Shown here: positions 9,665 through 17,135 of the stretch, in pieces | How the letters are laid out: every line of letters begins with the position of its first letter | How positions within the stretch are numbered: position 1 is the first letter of the stretch | NCBI GenBank assembly: GCA_964429465.1 | Contig: CAYSCA010000002.1 | Span: forward strand, 7,702 to 71,701 | Origin: an uncultured Rhodospirillaceae bacterium | GTDB taxonomy: Bacteria > Pseudomonadota > Alphaproteobacteria > Ferrovibrionales > Ferrovibrionaceae | Length of the DNA stretch: 64,000 nucleotides | Direction of reading: 5' to 3' | Translations under genes and position numbers: made by a program | Notes under the pieces: model-generated | The model's database searches: none | Told to the model about the DNA's origin: nothing | What the model saw: the letters and a program-made list of their open reading frames with translations, nothing else

Positions 9665-10800
9665 GCCGGCAATCCCAGTTCCACGAATACTGCGGCGAGC
9701 CGCTCCTGCGCGGCGGTCATCGACAGGTTGCGCGCCACATGGGCCTTGGCAGCCCGCGACATGTTCGTTCGCAGTTCCGGCTGCACCAGCAGATGGTCCA
9801 GTGCTTCCGTCAGGGCATCGGTGGAGTCGTCCTCCGCCAGCCAGCCGGTCACACCGTGCTGCACGATATCCGGAACGCCGCGGGTATTCACCGATAAGAC
9901 CGGCAGACCGGCTGCCTGCGCCTCCAGGAGCGCCATGCCATACGCTTCATTCACCGCAGGCCACACATACAGATCGCTGGCCGAGTAGAATTCGGCTAGT
10001 GCCGCCGGGGCCAGCTGTCCCGCGAAACATGTCCGCGCGCGGGCAGGTTCGAATGCCGCCTTGACGCTGGCGAGCTCGGGCCCGTCGCCGACCAGTATCG
10101 CATGCCATCGCAAATCCAGGCATTGCTCCAGCGTTCCGGCAAGACGGCGATAAGAGGCGAGCTTGTCACCCGCGCGCATCATGCCAACGGCCAGAAGCCA
10201 GGGGCAATCTTGCGGCAGCCGGAATGTTTCGGCGATGGACCGGCGATGCTTCTCGCGCTGCGACGCGGCGTGCGCGAAAGGTGTAGGATCGAGGAAGGGC
10301 GGCAGGGAACGGACTTTGGCGGCTCCGGCGAAGGCGGCCAGACAGGCGCTGTCGAGCGTTGTGATCGCCAGCAGCACATCGGCGGCGCGGATCGCCACGC
10401 CTGCCTGAGCATATCCGGCCGCCCATGCACCCTGCTGCCGCTTGGGCGCCACCGAAGGTTCGGCGATTACATAGGGCAGCCCGAACCGGGCTTTCAGGGC
10501 GGGGCCGAGATAATCGGCAGCCTTGTGATAGACGTGGTAGGTGAACAGCAGGTCGGGGCGAGTTGCCGCATCGGCTTCCCAGACCGCAGTCAGGCGTGCA
10601 ACTTCCCTGCGCCCCTCTACGCCGGTTGCGGCTTCCGCGGCCGGATCGCCGGTGCGGTTATAGCTGCGCAATGCCGAAATGACGCTCACCTGATGGCCCA
10701 TGCCTTGCAGAGCTTCGATCAGAAGGCGGGCCATGCGCCGGTCGCCGGAAGGGGCAGGGTGGTCCGGCGGCTTGAGCGGTGCGTAGAAGCCGATTTTCAT
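9661..10800 (-). CDS. glycosyltransferase family 4
   Basis: 379 aa. GT4 C-terminal motif 'EAYGMALLEAQAAGLPVLSVNTRGVPDIV'. Confidence 0.85.
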   Translation of the reverse strand: MKIGFYAPLKPPDHPAPSGDRRMARLLIEALQGMGHQVSVISALRSYNRTGDPAAEAATGVEGRREVARLTAVWEADAATRPDLLFTYHVYHKAADYLGPALKARFGLPYVIAEPSVAPKRQQGAWAAGYAQAGVAIRAADVLLAITTLDSACLAAFAGAAKVRSLPPFLDPTPFAHAASQREKHRRSIAETFRLPQDCPWLLAVGMMRAGDKLASYRRLAGTLEQCLDLRWHAILVGDGPELASVKAAFEPARARTCFAGQLAPAALAEFYSASDLYVWPAVNEAYGMALLEAQAAGLPVLSVNTRGVPDIVQHGVTGWLAEDDSTDALTEALDHLLVQPELRTNMSRAAKAHVARNLSMTAAQERLAAVFVELGLPA

Positions 10801-10803
10801 GGC

Positions 10804-12039
10804 TCAGGACGCCAGCCCGAAGCGTCGTGCCAGCTCGGCAATGCCGGCGGACATGCCGAACTTATTGCGCACCTTCGCCGCGCCGGCCGCCCCGAGCCGG
10901 ACCCGCAATGCCGGATCCAGGATCAGGCGGCTCAGCGCCACGCCCAGCGCCTCGATATCGTCGGCAGGCACCAGCAGGCCGGTTTCGCCATCGACGATCA
11001 GCTCGGGAATTGCCGAGATGTCCGTGGCGGCGCAGGCCAGCCCCTGGCTCTGGGCTTCCATCAGTACGTTCGGCAGCCCGTCCATGTCGCCATCCCGGTC
11101 GCGCCGGCAGGCAAGGACAAAGGCGTCGGCGGCGCGATAGGCGGCTATCACGGCATCCTGCGCCTGCGCGCCCTGCCACTCGATCCGGTCCGCGATCCCG
11201 AGCTGCTGCGAAAGCGTCCGCAATTGCGGCAGCAGGGGCCCGCCGCCAACATGGATGAGTCGCCAATGCAGATCGCCGGGCAGCCGGGCCAATGCCTGCA
11301 GCAGCAGGTCGAAACCCTTCTTTTCCACAGCGCGGCCGACCGACAGCAGCCGCACCGGATCGGCGGGGTCGCGGCCATCGCGGTCCGGCCGCCAATGCGG
11401 CGGGTCGGGAAACCGCGTGAAGTCGACGCCGTGATAAACGAGGGCCACCTTGCCCGGATCGCCCAGCGCGGCGAGATGGGTAACGTTATGGGCCGTGCAG
11501 GTGACCACCCAGTCGCAATCGGCCAACTTCTCCCGTTTTTCCCATTCGGGCGTAATCCAGATGTCGCGGGCATGGGCGGAGGCCGTCCAGGGTATCTGGC
11601 GCACCATCGCGGCATACCGGGTCACCGAGCCGGGTGTATGGATGAAATGGGCATGAAGGCGCCGGAAATGCTCGGGCAGTTCGGCCGCGAGGACCAATGC
11701 CTGGCCGAAGCGGCGGATCCGGTTGGGCGTCAGGTCCCGCTTGAGGTCCCGCCACCATGTCGCCCGCGCCGTTTTGTATCCGGGCAGACGCCGGACTTGC
11801 CACCAGCAGCGCAGGACGCGCAGCGGCTCCTGATAAAGGTATTCCGGAAGGTAGAGCACTGACGCCCGAATACGGTCATGAAGGGGATGACGCTTGCGGT
11901 CGGTCGGATGGCGCAGGGACACGATCAGGATATCCAGCCCGCGTTCTTCCAATGCGGCGATTTCCTGGGCAATGAAGGTTTCCGACAGTCGCGGATAACC
12001 CTTGAGGACAAATGCAACGGGAGCTGCCACGCTCGACAT
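10804..12039 (-). CDS. glycosyltransferase family 4 (WcaL-like)
   Basis: Start set at ATG 12037-12039 ('MSSVAAPVAFVLKGYPRLSETFIAQEI'). GT4 motif 'GLPNVLMEAQSQGLACAATDISAIPELIVDGETGLLV'. The track ORF has a 41-aa over-extension. Confidence 0.8.
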   Translation of the reverse strand: MSSVAAPVAFVLKGYPRLSETFIAQEIAALEERGLDILIVSLRHPTDRKRHPLHDRIRASVLYLPEYLYQEPLRVLRCWWQVRRLPGYKTARATWWRDLKRDLTPNRIRRFGQALVLAAELPEHFRRLHAHFIHTPGSVTRYAAMVRQIPWTASAHARDIWITPEWEKREKLADCDWVVTCTAHNVTHLAALGDPGKVALVYHGVDFTRFPDPPHWRPDRDGRDPADPVRLLSVGRAVEKKGFDLLLQALARLPGDLHWRLIHVGGGPLLPQLRTLSQQLGIADRIEWQGAQAQDAVIAAYRAADAFVLACRRDRDGDMDGLPNVLMEAQSQGLACAATDISAIPELIVDGETGLLVPADDIEALGVALSRLILDPALRVRLGAAGAAKVRNKFGMSAGIAELARRFGLAS

Positions 12040-12067
12040 AGTCACTGAATGAAGGGGGATACGACTC

Positions 12068-13294
12068 TCAGCCGCGCAGCTCGACGATATTGTCGCCGGC
12101 GGGCGCCGTCGCCGGCCTGAGCCAGGGCAGGACCAGTCGGTCGACGTTGTCCAGGCCTTCAAGCAGGCCGGGGATCACCACCTCGGACGGGAGCGGCTGC
12201 CGCGGCAGGTGGCGCAATGCCGCGGCCATCGCGGCTGGGTCGTAGCTGCCGTCATCCTCTAGCATCCGCACCAGGCCAAGCTTTTCTGCGCGATGTGCCC
12301 GGATGAACTGCTCCATGCGGGGACGCTTTCGCGGCACGATAATGGCCCGCTTGTCCAGCGAGAGGATTTCACAAAAGGTGTTGTAGCCGCCCATGGCGAC
12401 GACGCCGACCGCATTCTGGACCAGATGCTCCATATGCGCATCAAATGTGATTGCCTCGACGCGCGGCAAGTGCGCAACGCGATTCAGGAATTCGATGCGG
12501 CGCTCGCGCTGCATGAACGGCCCGAGTACGATCAGCGCCGGATAGGGCAGGATTTCGTGGCTTTCGTAGGCGCGCAGCACCCAGTCGATCAGCCCTTCGC
12601 CATCGCCTCCGCCGCCCGGTGTCACCAGCAGAAAGGGGCGCTGGGTGATTTCAGGCAGCTGATGCTCGGGCGGGGTTTCAGCCGAGAAACGCGGCAGATA
12701 TCCGGTGTAGACGACTTTCCGGCGCACCCGTTCCGGCAGCGCGATCCCCTCCAGCGGGTCGCAGAACTGCGGCAGGCCGTAGACCCAGATCTGGTCGAAC
12801 AGATTCTTGAGGGCCGGCATGACATTCTTGCGTTCCCATTCCGGCGCGAGGGCGCTGGGTTCGTCCATGACGTCGCGCAGGCCGAGCACCAGCCGGGTGC
12901 CGCGAGCCTTCAGCATCTTCATGGTTTCCAGAACCTCGCCTCGGAGGCCAAGCGGCTCCTTGTCGACGATGAAAATATCGGGGTCGAAAATCCGAGCAGT
13001 ATGCTGAATGATCTCGGCCCGGATCTTCAGCGTCTCGTCAATGCCCATGGGCAGGTTAAGAGAAGTGTACTGACCATCCCGAAGCTTGATCACGCCGGGG
13101 ATACGGACGAAGTCCACCCGGCTGCGGAAATCGAAGCTGCCGATGATGGGGGAGCCAGAAATGATCAGGACCGACATGTCTCGGTGGCGTTCCACCAGAG
13201 CATGGGCCAACGTGCGGCATCGGCGCAAATGGCCCAAGCCGAAGGTGTCGTGGCTGTAGATCAGCACACGGGTTCCGTCGCTGCGCGATACCAT
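12068..13294 (-). CDS. glycosyltransferase, GT-B fold (MurG/GT28-like, 'GxGHxxR' type)
   Basis: Start set at ATG 13292-13294 ('MVSRSDGTRVLIYSHDTFGLGHLRRCRTLAHAL'), preceded by AAGGGGGG. Paralog of the 7917-9077 product. Confidence 0.75.
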   Translation of the reverse strand: MVSRSDGTRVLIYSHDTFGLGHLRRCRTLAHALVERHRDMSVLIISGSPIIGSFDFRSRVDFVRIPGVIKLRDGQYTSLNLPMGIDETLKIRAEIIQHTARIFDPDIFIVDKEPLGLRGEVLETMKMLKARGTRLVLGLRDVMDEPSALAPEWERKNVMPALKNLFDQIWVYGLPQFCDPLEGIALPERVRRKVVYTGYLPRFSAETPPEHQLPEITQRPFLLVTPGGGGDGEGLIDWVLRAYESHEILPYPALIVLGPFMQRERRIEFLNRVAHLPRVEAITFDAHMEHLVQNAVGVVAMGGYNTFCEILSLDKRAIIVPRKRPRMEQFIRAHRAEKLGLVRMLEDDGSYDPAAMAAALRHLPRQPLPSEVVIPGLLEGLDNVDRLVLPWLRPATAPAGDNIVELRG

Positions 13295-13471
13295 ACCGGG
13301 TACCCCCCTTGGGACCTCTGCCGGGACTATGGCACAGGCTCCCGCCCGAGGCCAAGGCCCTGACATATAGGTGATTCCCGCCACGTTCCGGGCCGGCCGC
13401 GGTCATTGGCGGCGGGGGCGGGCTGGGCTAAGGTCCTGCAATAATTCGGGAAGGCTACGGGGAAAGGCTCC

Positions 13472-16126
13472 GTGGAGAAGAATCTTTATCGTTTCATCCT
13501 GAAGCACAGTCTAAGGCAGCAGGTCATCATCGTCCTGCTCTCGGTCGCGTCCTTCATCCCCTATTACTATTACCTGAGCATGCCCAAGGCGATCGTTAAC
13601 CAGGGCATCGAGGGGAAGGATGTCGGTTTCCCGGTCGACCTGCTCGGGTTGGGCTGGGTGAGCCTGGATCATACCGGCTATCTGCTGGTCCTGTGTTTCG
13701 GCTTCCTTGTCCTGGTGCTGGTGCAGCAGGGCTTCAAATACGCGATCAACCTGTTCCAGGGGATTGCCGGCGAACGGATGCTGCGCCGGCTGCGATACAT
13801 CCTGTATGCCCAGATCCTCCGTTTTCCGCTGCCGACCTTTCGCCGCACCAGCCAGGGCGAGATCATTCCGATGGTGATCGCCGAGGTGGAACCCATCGGC
13901 GGTTTTATCGGCGAAAGCTTCGCGCTGCCGATCTTCCAGGGCGGCATGCTGCTGGTGATCTTCACCTTCCTGCTGATCCAGAATCCTTTGATGGCCCTTG
14001 CGGCCGTCTCGCTCTACCCGATCCAGTTCTACTTCGTCCCGAAGATGCAGGCCAAGGTGCGCGCCCTGGGCCGCGAACGGATCAAAAACCAGCGCCGGAT
14101 GTCCGATCGCATCGGCGAGTCCATCAGCGGCATCACCGAATTGCACGCCCATGATGCCTCGAACCGGATGCTCGCCGAATTTTCCCGCAGGCTGAGCGTG
14201 AGTTACTGGATCAGGGTCGAGATCTTCCAGCGTAAATTCATGATCAAGTTCCTGAATAACTTCATTCAGCAGCTTGGCCCGTTTTTCTTCTATACGATCG
14301 GCGGCTATCTGGTCATCAAGGGCAGCATGGATGTCGGTACGATCGTCGCCGCCGTGAATGCGCACAAGGAGATGGCGGCTCCCTGGAAGGAACTGCTCAA
14401 TCACTACCAGACGCGCGAAGACGTGAAGCAGAAATACGAGCAGGTGATCAGCCAGTTCGAGCCGGCCGGCATGCGCTCTCCCGACGACCAGCATGTCGAA
14501 CCCGAGGACGCTCCGCCGTTGTCTGGTGCCATCGTCGCGTCGGGCGTCGCATTGTTCGATGACCAGGGGCATCCGGTGCTCGAAGGTGTGAACCTGACTA
14601 TCCCCTGGCCGGCGCGTGTGGCGATCGTCGGCGACAATGGTCGCGACGAGTTCCTTCAGTTGCTGGCCCGCACGCTGGCGCCTTCCAGAGGAAAGGTGAC
14701 CATCAACAATCACAATCTCGCCGATCTGCCGGAAACGGTGACCGGACGGCGGCTGGCCTATGTCGGCCCCAGTGCCTATATCTTCAACACCACGCTCGGC
14801 GACAATCTTCTTTTCGGCCTGCGTCATCGGCCGCTGGTCGCGCGCGAGCTGACAGACGAGACATTGCGCCGCTACGAGCGTGAGCGGGCGGAAGCCCTTG
14901 CATCGGGTAATTCCGATCTTGATCCTGATGCCGACTGGACCGATTACGCCGCTGCCGGGGTGCAGAATCGCGACGAACTGCGCAACGCTGCCATTTCAGC
15001 GCTGCAGGTCGCGGCTTTCGACGAGGATGTCTACCAGATCGGCATGCGCGGCACGATCGATCCAGACCGCTATCCTGACGTCGCAGAACGGGTGCTGGAG
15101 GCGCGCCGGACATTCCGCAGCCGCCTGCGCGATGGCGAGCTGGCCGACCTGGTCGAGAGCTGGGATCCCAGGCGCTACAACAGCAACGCCACCGTCGCAG
15201 AGAATTTGATGTTCGGCACGGCGCGGAACGGCATCTATCACGAGGACAATCTTGCGCGCGACCCGCATGTGCTGAGCGTTCTCGATCAGGTTGGATTGCG
15301 GCGGCGCTTCCTTGAGATCGGTCACGAGGTAGCCAGCACGATGGTGGAACTGTTCGCCGACCTGCCTCCGGACCATGAATTCTTCCAGCAATTCAGCTTC
15401 ATCTCCTCGGAGGACCTGCCCGAGTACAAGGACCTGCTCCTTCGCGCCAAACCCGAGTCCCTGGATCAGCTGGCGGAGCCCGACAGGGTGCGGCTCATGT
15501 CCTTGCCGTTCAAGCTTGTCCTGGCCCGTCACCGCCTGGGGCATTTCAACGAAGATGAGCGCGAGGCCATTCTGCGGGGACGCGAGATCTTCGCCCAGAC
15601 CTTGCCGGAGGCACGGCGCGACGCGATCGCGTTCTTTGACCCGGAGTATTTTACCGTCTCGTCCAGCATCGTCGACAATATCCTGTTCGGCCGGGTTGCC
15701 TACGGGCAGGCCCAGGCGCAGGAAAAGATCGGCCATGTCATCGCAGATGTCGTCGAGCAGCTGAAGCTGCGCGAGCCGATCATCGAGATCGGCCTGCAGT
15801 TCGAGGTCGGCATCGCAGGCGCGCGCTTGAGCGCTGCGCAGCGGCAGAAGCTCGCGATCGCCCGGGCAATGCTCAAGCGGCCCGACTGGCTGATGCTGTC
15901 GGAATCCACGGCGGCATTGGACCCGCGCAGTCATGCTGCGGTCATCCGCGCCGTCACCCAGGCACGCACTTTAAGCGGTCTGATATGGTCATTGCAGCGG
16001 GTTGCCGACTGCGAGGAATTCGACACGATTCTCGTTCTGGAGAATGGACGGGTGATCCAGATGGGTTCCTTTGCCGACCTGTCGGAGCGACAGGGGCGGT
16101 TCAAAGACATGCTGGTGCCGGCATGA
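13472..16126 (+). CDS. ABC exporter-fold protein (N-terminal 6-TM ABC_membrane domain plus atypical, degenerate, expanded NBD)
   Basis: 884 aa with a GTG start after GGGGAAAGG. The TMD covers aa 1-330. Walker A is replaced by 'GDNGRDEF', signature is 'LSAAQ', Walker B is 'WLMLSE', H-loop is 'SLQR'. About 400 aa separate Walker A from the signature. Confidence 0.8.
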   Translation: MEKNLYRFILKHSLRQQVIIVLLSVASFIPYYYYLSMPKAIVNQGIEGKDVGFPVDLLGLGWVSLDHTGYLLVLCFGFLVLVLVQQGFKYAINLFQGIAGERMLRRLRYILYAQILRFPLPTFRRTSQGEIIPMVIAEVEPIGGFIGESFALPIFQGGMLLVIFTFLLIQNPLMALAAVSLYPIQFYFVPKMQAKVRALGRERIKNQRRMSDRIGESISGITELHAHDASNRMLAEFSRRLSVSYWIRVEIFQRKFMIKFLNNFIQQLGPFFFYTIGGYLVIKGSMDVGTIVAAVNAHKEMAAPWKELLNHYQTREDVKQKYEQVISQFEPAGMRSPDDQHVEPEDAPPLSGAIVASGVALFDDQGHPVLEGVNLTIPWPARVAIVGDNGRDEFLQLLARTLAPSRGKVTINNHNLADLPETVTGRRLAYVGPSAYIFNTTLGDNLLFGLRHRPLVARELTDETLRRYERERAEALASGNSDLDPDADWTDYAAAGVQNRDELRNAAISALQVAAFDEDVYQIGMRGTIDPDRYPDVAERVLEARRTFRSRLRDGELADLVESWDPRRYNSNATVAENLMFGTARNGIYHEDNLARDPHVLSVLDQVGLRRRFLEIGHEVASTMVELFADLPPDHEFFQQFSFISSEDLPEYKDLLLRAKPESLDQLAEPDRVRLMSLPFKLVLARHRLGHFNEDEREAILRGREIFAQTLPEARRDAIAFFDPEYFTVSSSIVDNILFGRVAYGQAQAQEKIGHVIADVVEQLKLREPIIEIGLQFEVGIAGARLSAAQRQKLAIARAMLKRPDWLMLSESTAALDPRSHAAVIRAVTQARTLSGLIWSLQRVADCEEFDTILVLENGRVIQMGSFADLSERQGRFKDMLVPA

Positions 16127-16148
16127 CGACTGCGAGGGAGAAGCAAAG

Positions 16149-16610
16149 ATGAGCCTGAACGAAGAAGTCGAATTGCTGCGGCGTATTCCGCTTTTTGCCA
16201 AGATCGAGCCCTCGAAACTCAAGCTGCTTGCCTTCACCAGCCAGCGGTTGACCTATAAACCTGGCGATGTGCTGTTTCGGCAGGGTGACCCGGGAGATGC
16301 CGCTTTCGTCATTATCGGCGGCGAGGCCAATGTCGTGGTTGATACGCCTGGCGGACCGCTTACCGTCGCTCATCTCAAGCAGAATGACTTTGTCGGCGAG
16401 ATCGCTATTTTGTGCGATGTTCCGCGAACGGCAACAGTTTCGGCCGCCAGCGAGGTTACCACCCTGCGGATCGAGAAAGACCTCTTCTTCCGGCTGATCA
16501 ACGACTTCCCCCAGATCGCCGTGGAGATCATGCGCGTTCTGGCGCAGCGACTGGAGCGCACCACCGCCGATCTCAGAGCCCTCTCTGCCCGGGTGCAAAA
16601 CCCCGCATGA
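16149..16610 (+). CDS. cyclic nucleotide-binding domain protein (stand-alone CNB domain, no HTH)
   Basis: Start at ATG 16149 after GAGGGAG ('MSLNEEVELLRRIPLFAKIEP...GDVLFRQGDPGDAAFVIIGGE...FVGEIAILCDVPRTATV'). The 153 aa leave no room for a DNA-binding domain. Confidence 0.85.
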   Translation: MSLNEEVELLRRIPLFAKIEPSKLKLLAFTSQRLTYKPGDVLFRQGDPGDAAFVIIGGEANVVVDTPGGPLTVAHLKQNDFVGEIAILCDVPRTATVSAASEVTTLRIEKDLFFRLINDFPQIAVEIMRVLAQRLERTTADLRALSARVQNPA

Positions 16611-17095
16611 GCCGGCTGGACAGCTTCATCCGGCGTCTTGAGGCGCAGCGCATTGTGCTGAACTGGGCGGTGGAGCAGATCGCAGGGCAGCCGGGGATCA
16701 TACTCGAACTGGGCCTCGGGAATGGCCGTACCTACGACCATCTGCGCGAGAAACTGCCGGGTCGGACCATTTTTGCTTTCGATCGCGCCATCAACGCCAA
16801 TCCGCGCTCGGTTCCGCCGGAGCAATACATGGTGTTGGGTGATTTTGTCGAAACCCTGCCGGCTTTCGCGCAGCAGCATCCTTCCGGGGCTGCGCTGATC
16901 CACAGCGATGCCGGACTTGGCGATCCGGAAGCCAATGCACGCCAGGTCCGGATGCTCAGTGATCTGATCCCGCCACTGGCAGCATTGGGAGCGCTGATCA
17001 TAAGCGATCAGAAACTCGTACATCCGGCGCTGCAGCAGCAACCATTGCCGCCCCTTGTCAATCCGGACAGGTATTTCATCTATCGGCGGACCTGA
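16607..17095 (+). CDS. class I SAM-dependent methyltransferase (small)
   Basis: Start at ATG 16607 forms an ATGA overlap with the CNB gene stop. Motif I 'IILELGLGNGRT'. 162 aa. Confidence 0.65.
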   Translation: MSRLDSFIRRLEAQRIVLNWAVEQIAGQPGIILELGLGNGRTYDHLREKLPGRTIFAFDRAINANPRSVPPEQYMVLGDFVETLPAFAQQHPSGAALIHSDAGLGDPEANARQVRMLSDLIPPLAALGALIISDQKLVHPALQQQPLPPLVNPDRYFIYRRT

Positions 17096-17135
17096 CAATA
17101 AATATACGTATAATACCGAGAGCGGGAGGGGGGAC

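Noticed and set aside
13472-16126. ABC-like protein as the type I secretion exporter for the leaderless beta-helix protein
   Set aside because: There is no adjacent membrane-fusion (HlyD-like) gene and no C39/CLD N-terminal domain. The ATPase motifs are degenerate, and the gene lies 23 kb away in a different operon.
16071-16148. TTG-initiated 26-aa extension of the cNMP-binding protein overlapping the ABC-like gene's 3' end
   Set aside because: ATG 16149 has a GAGGGAG RBS at the correct spacing. The extension is Cys/Arg-rich and lies inside the upstream gene.
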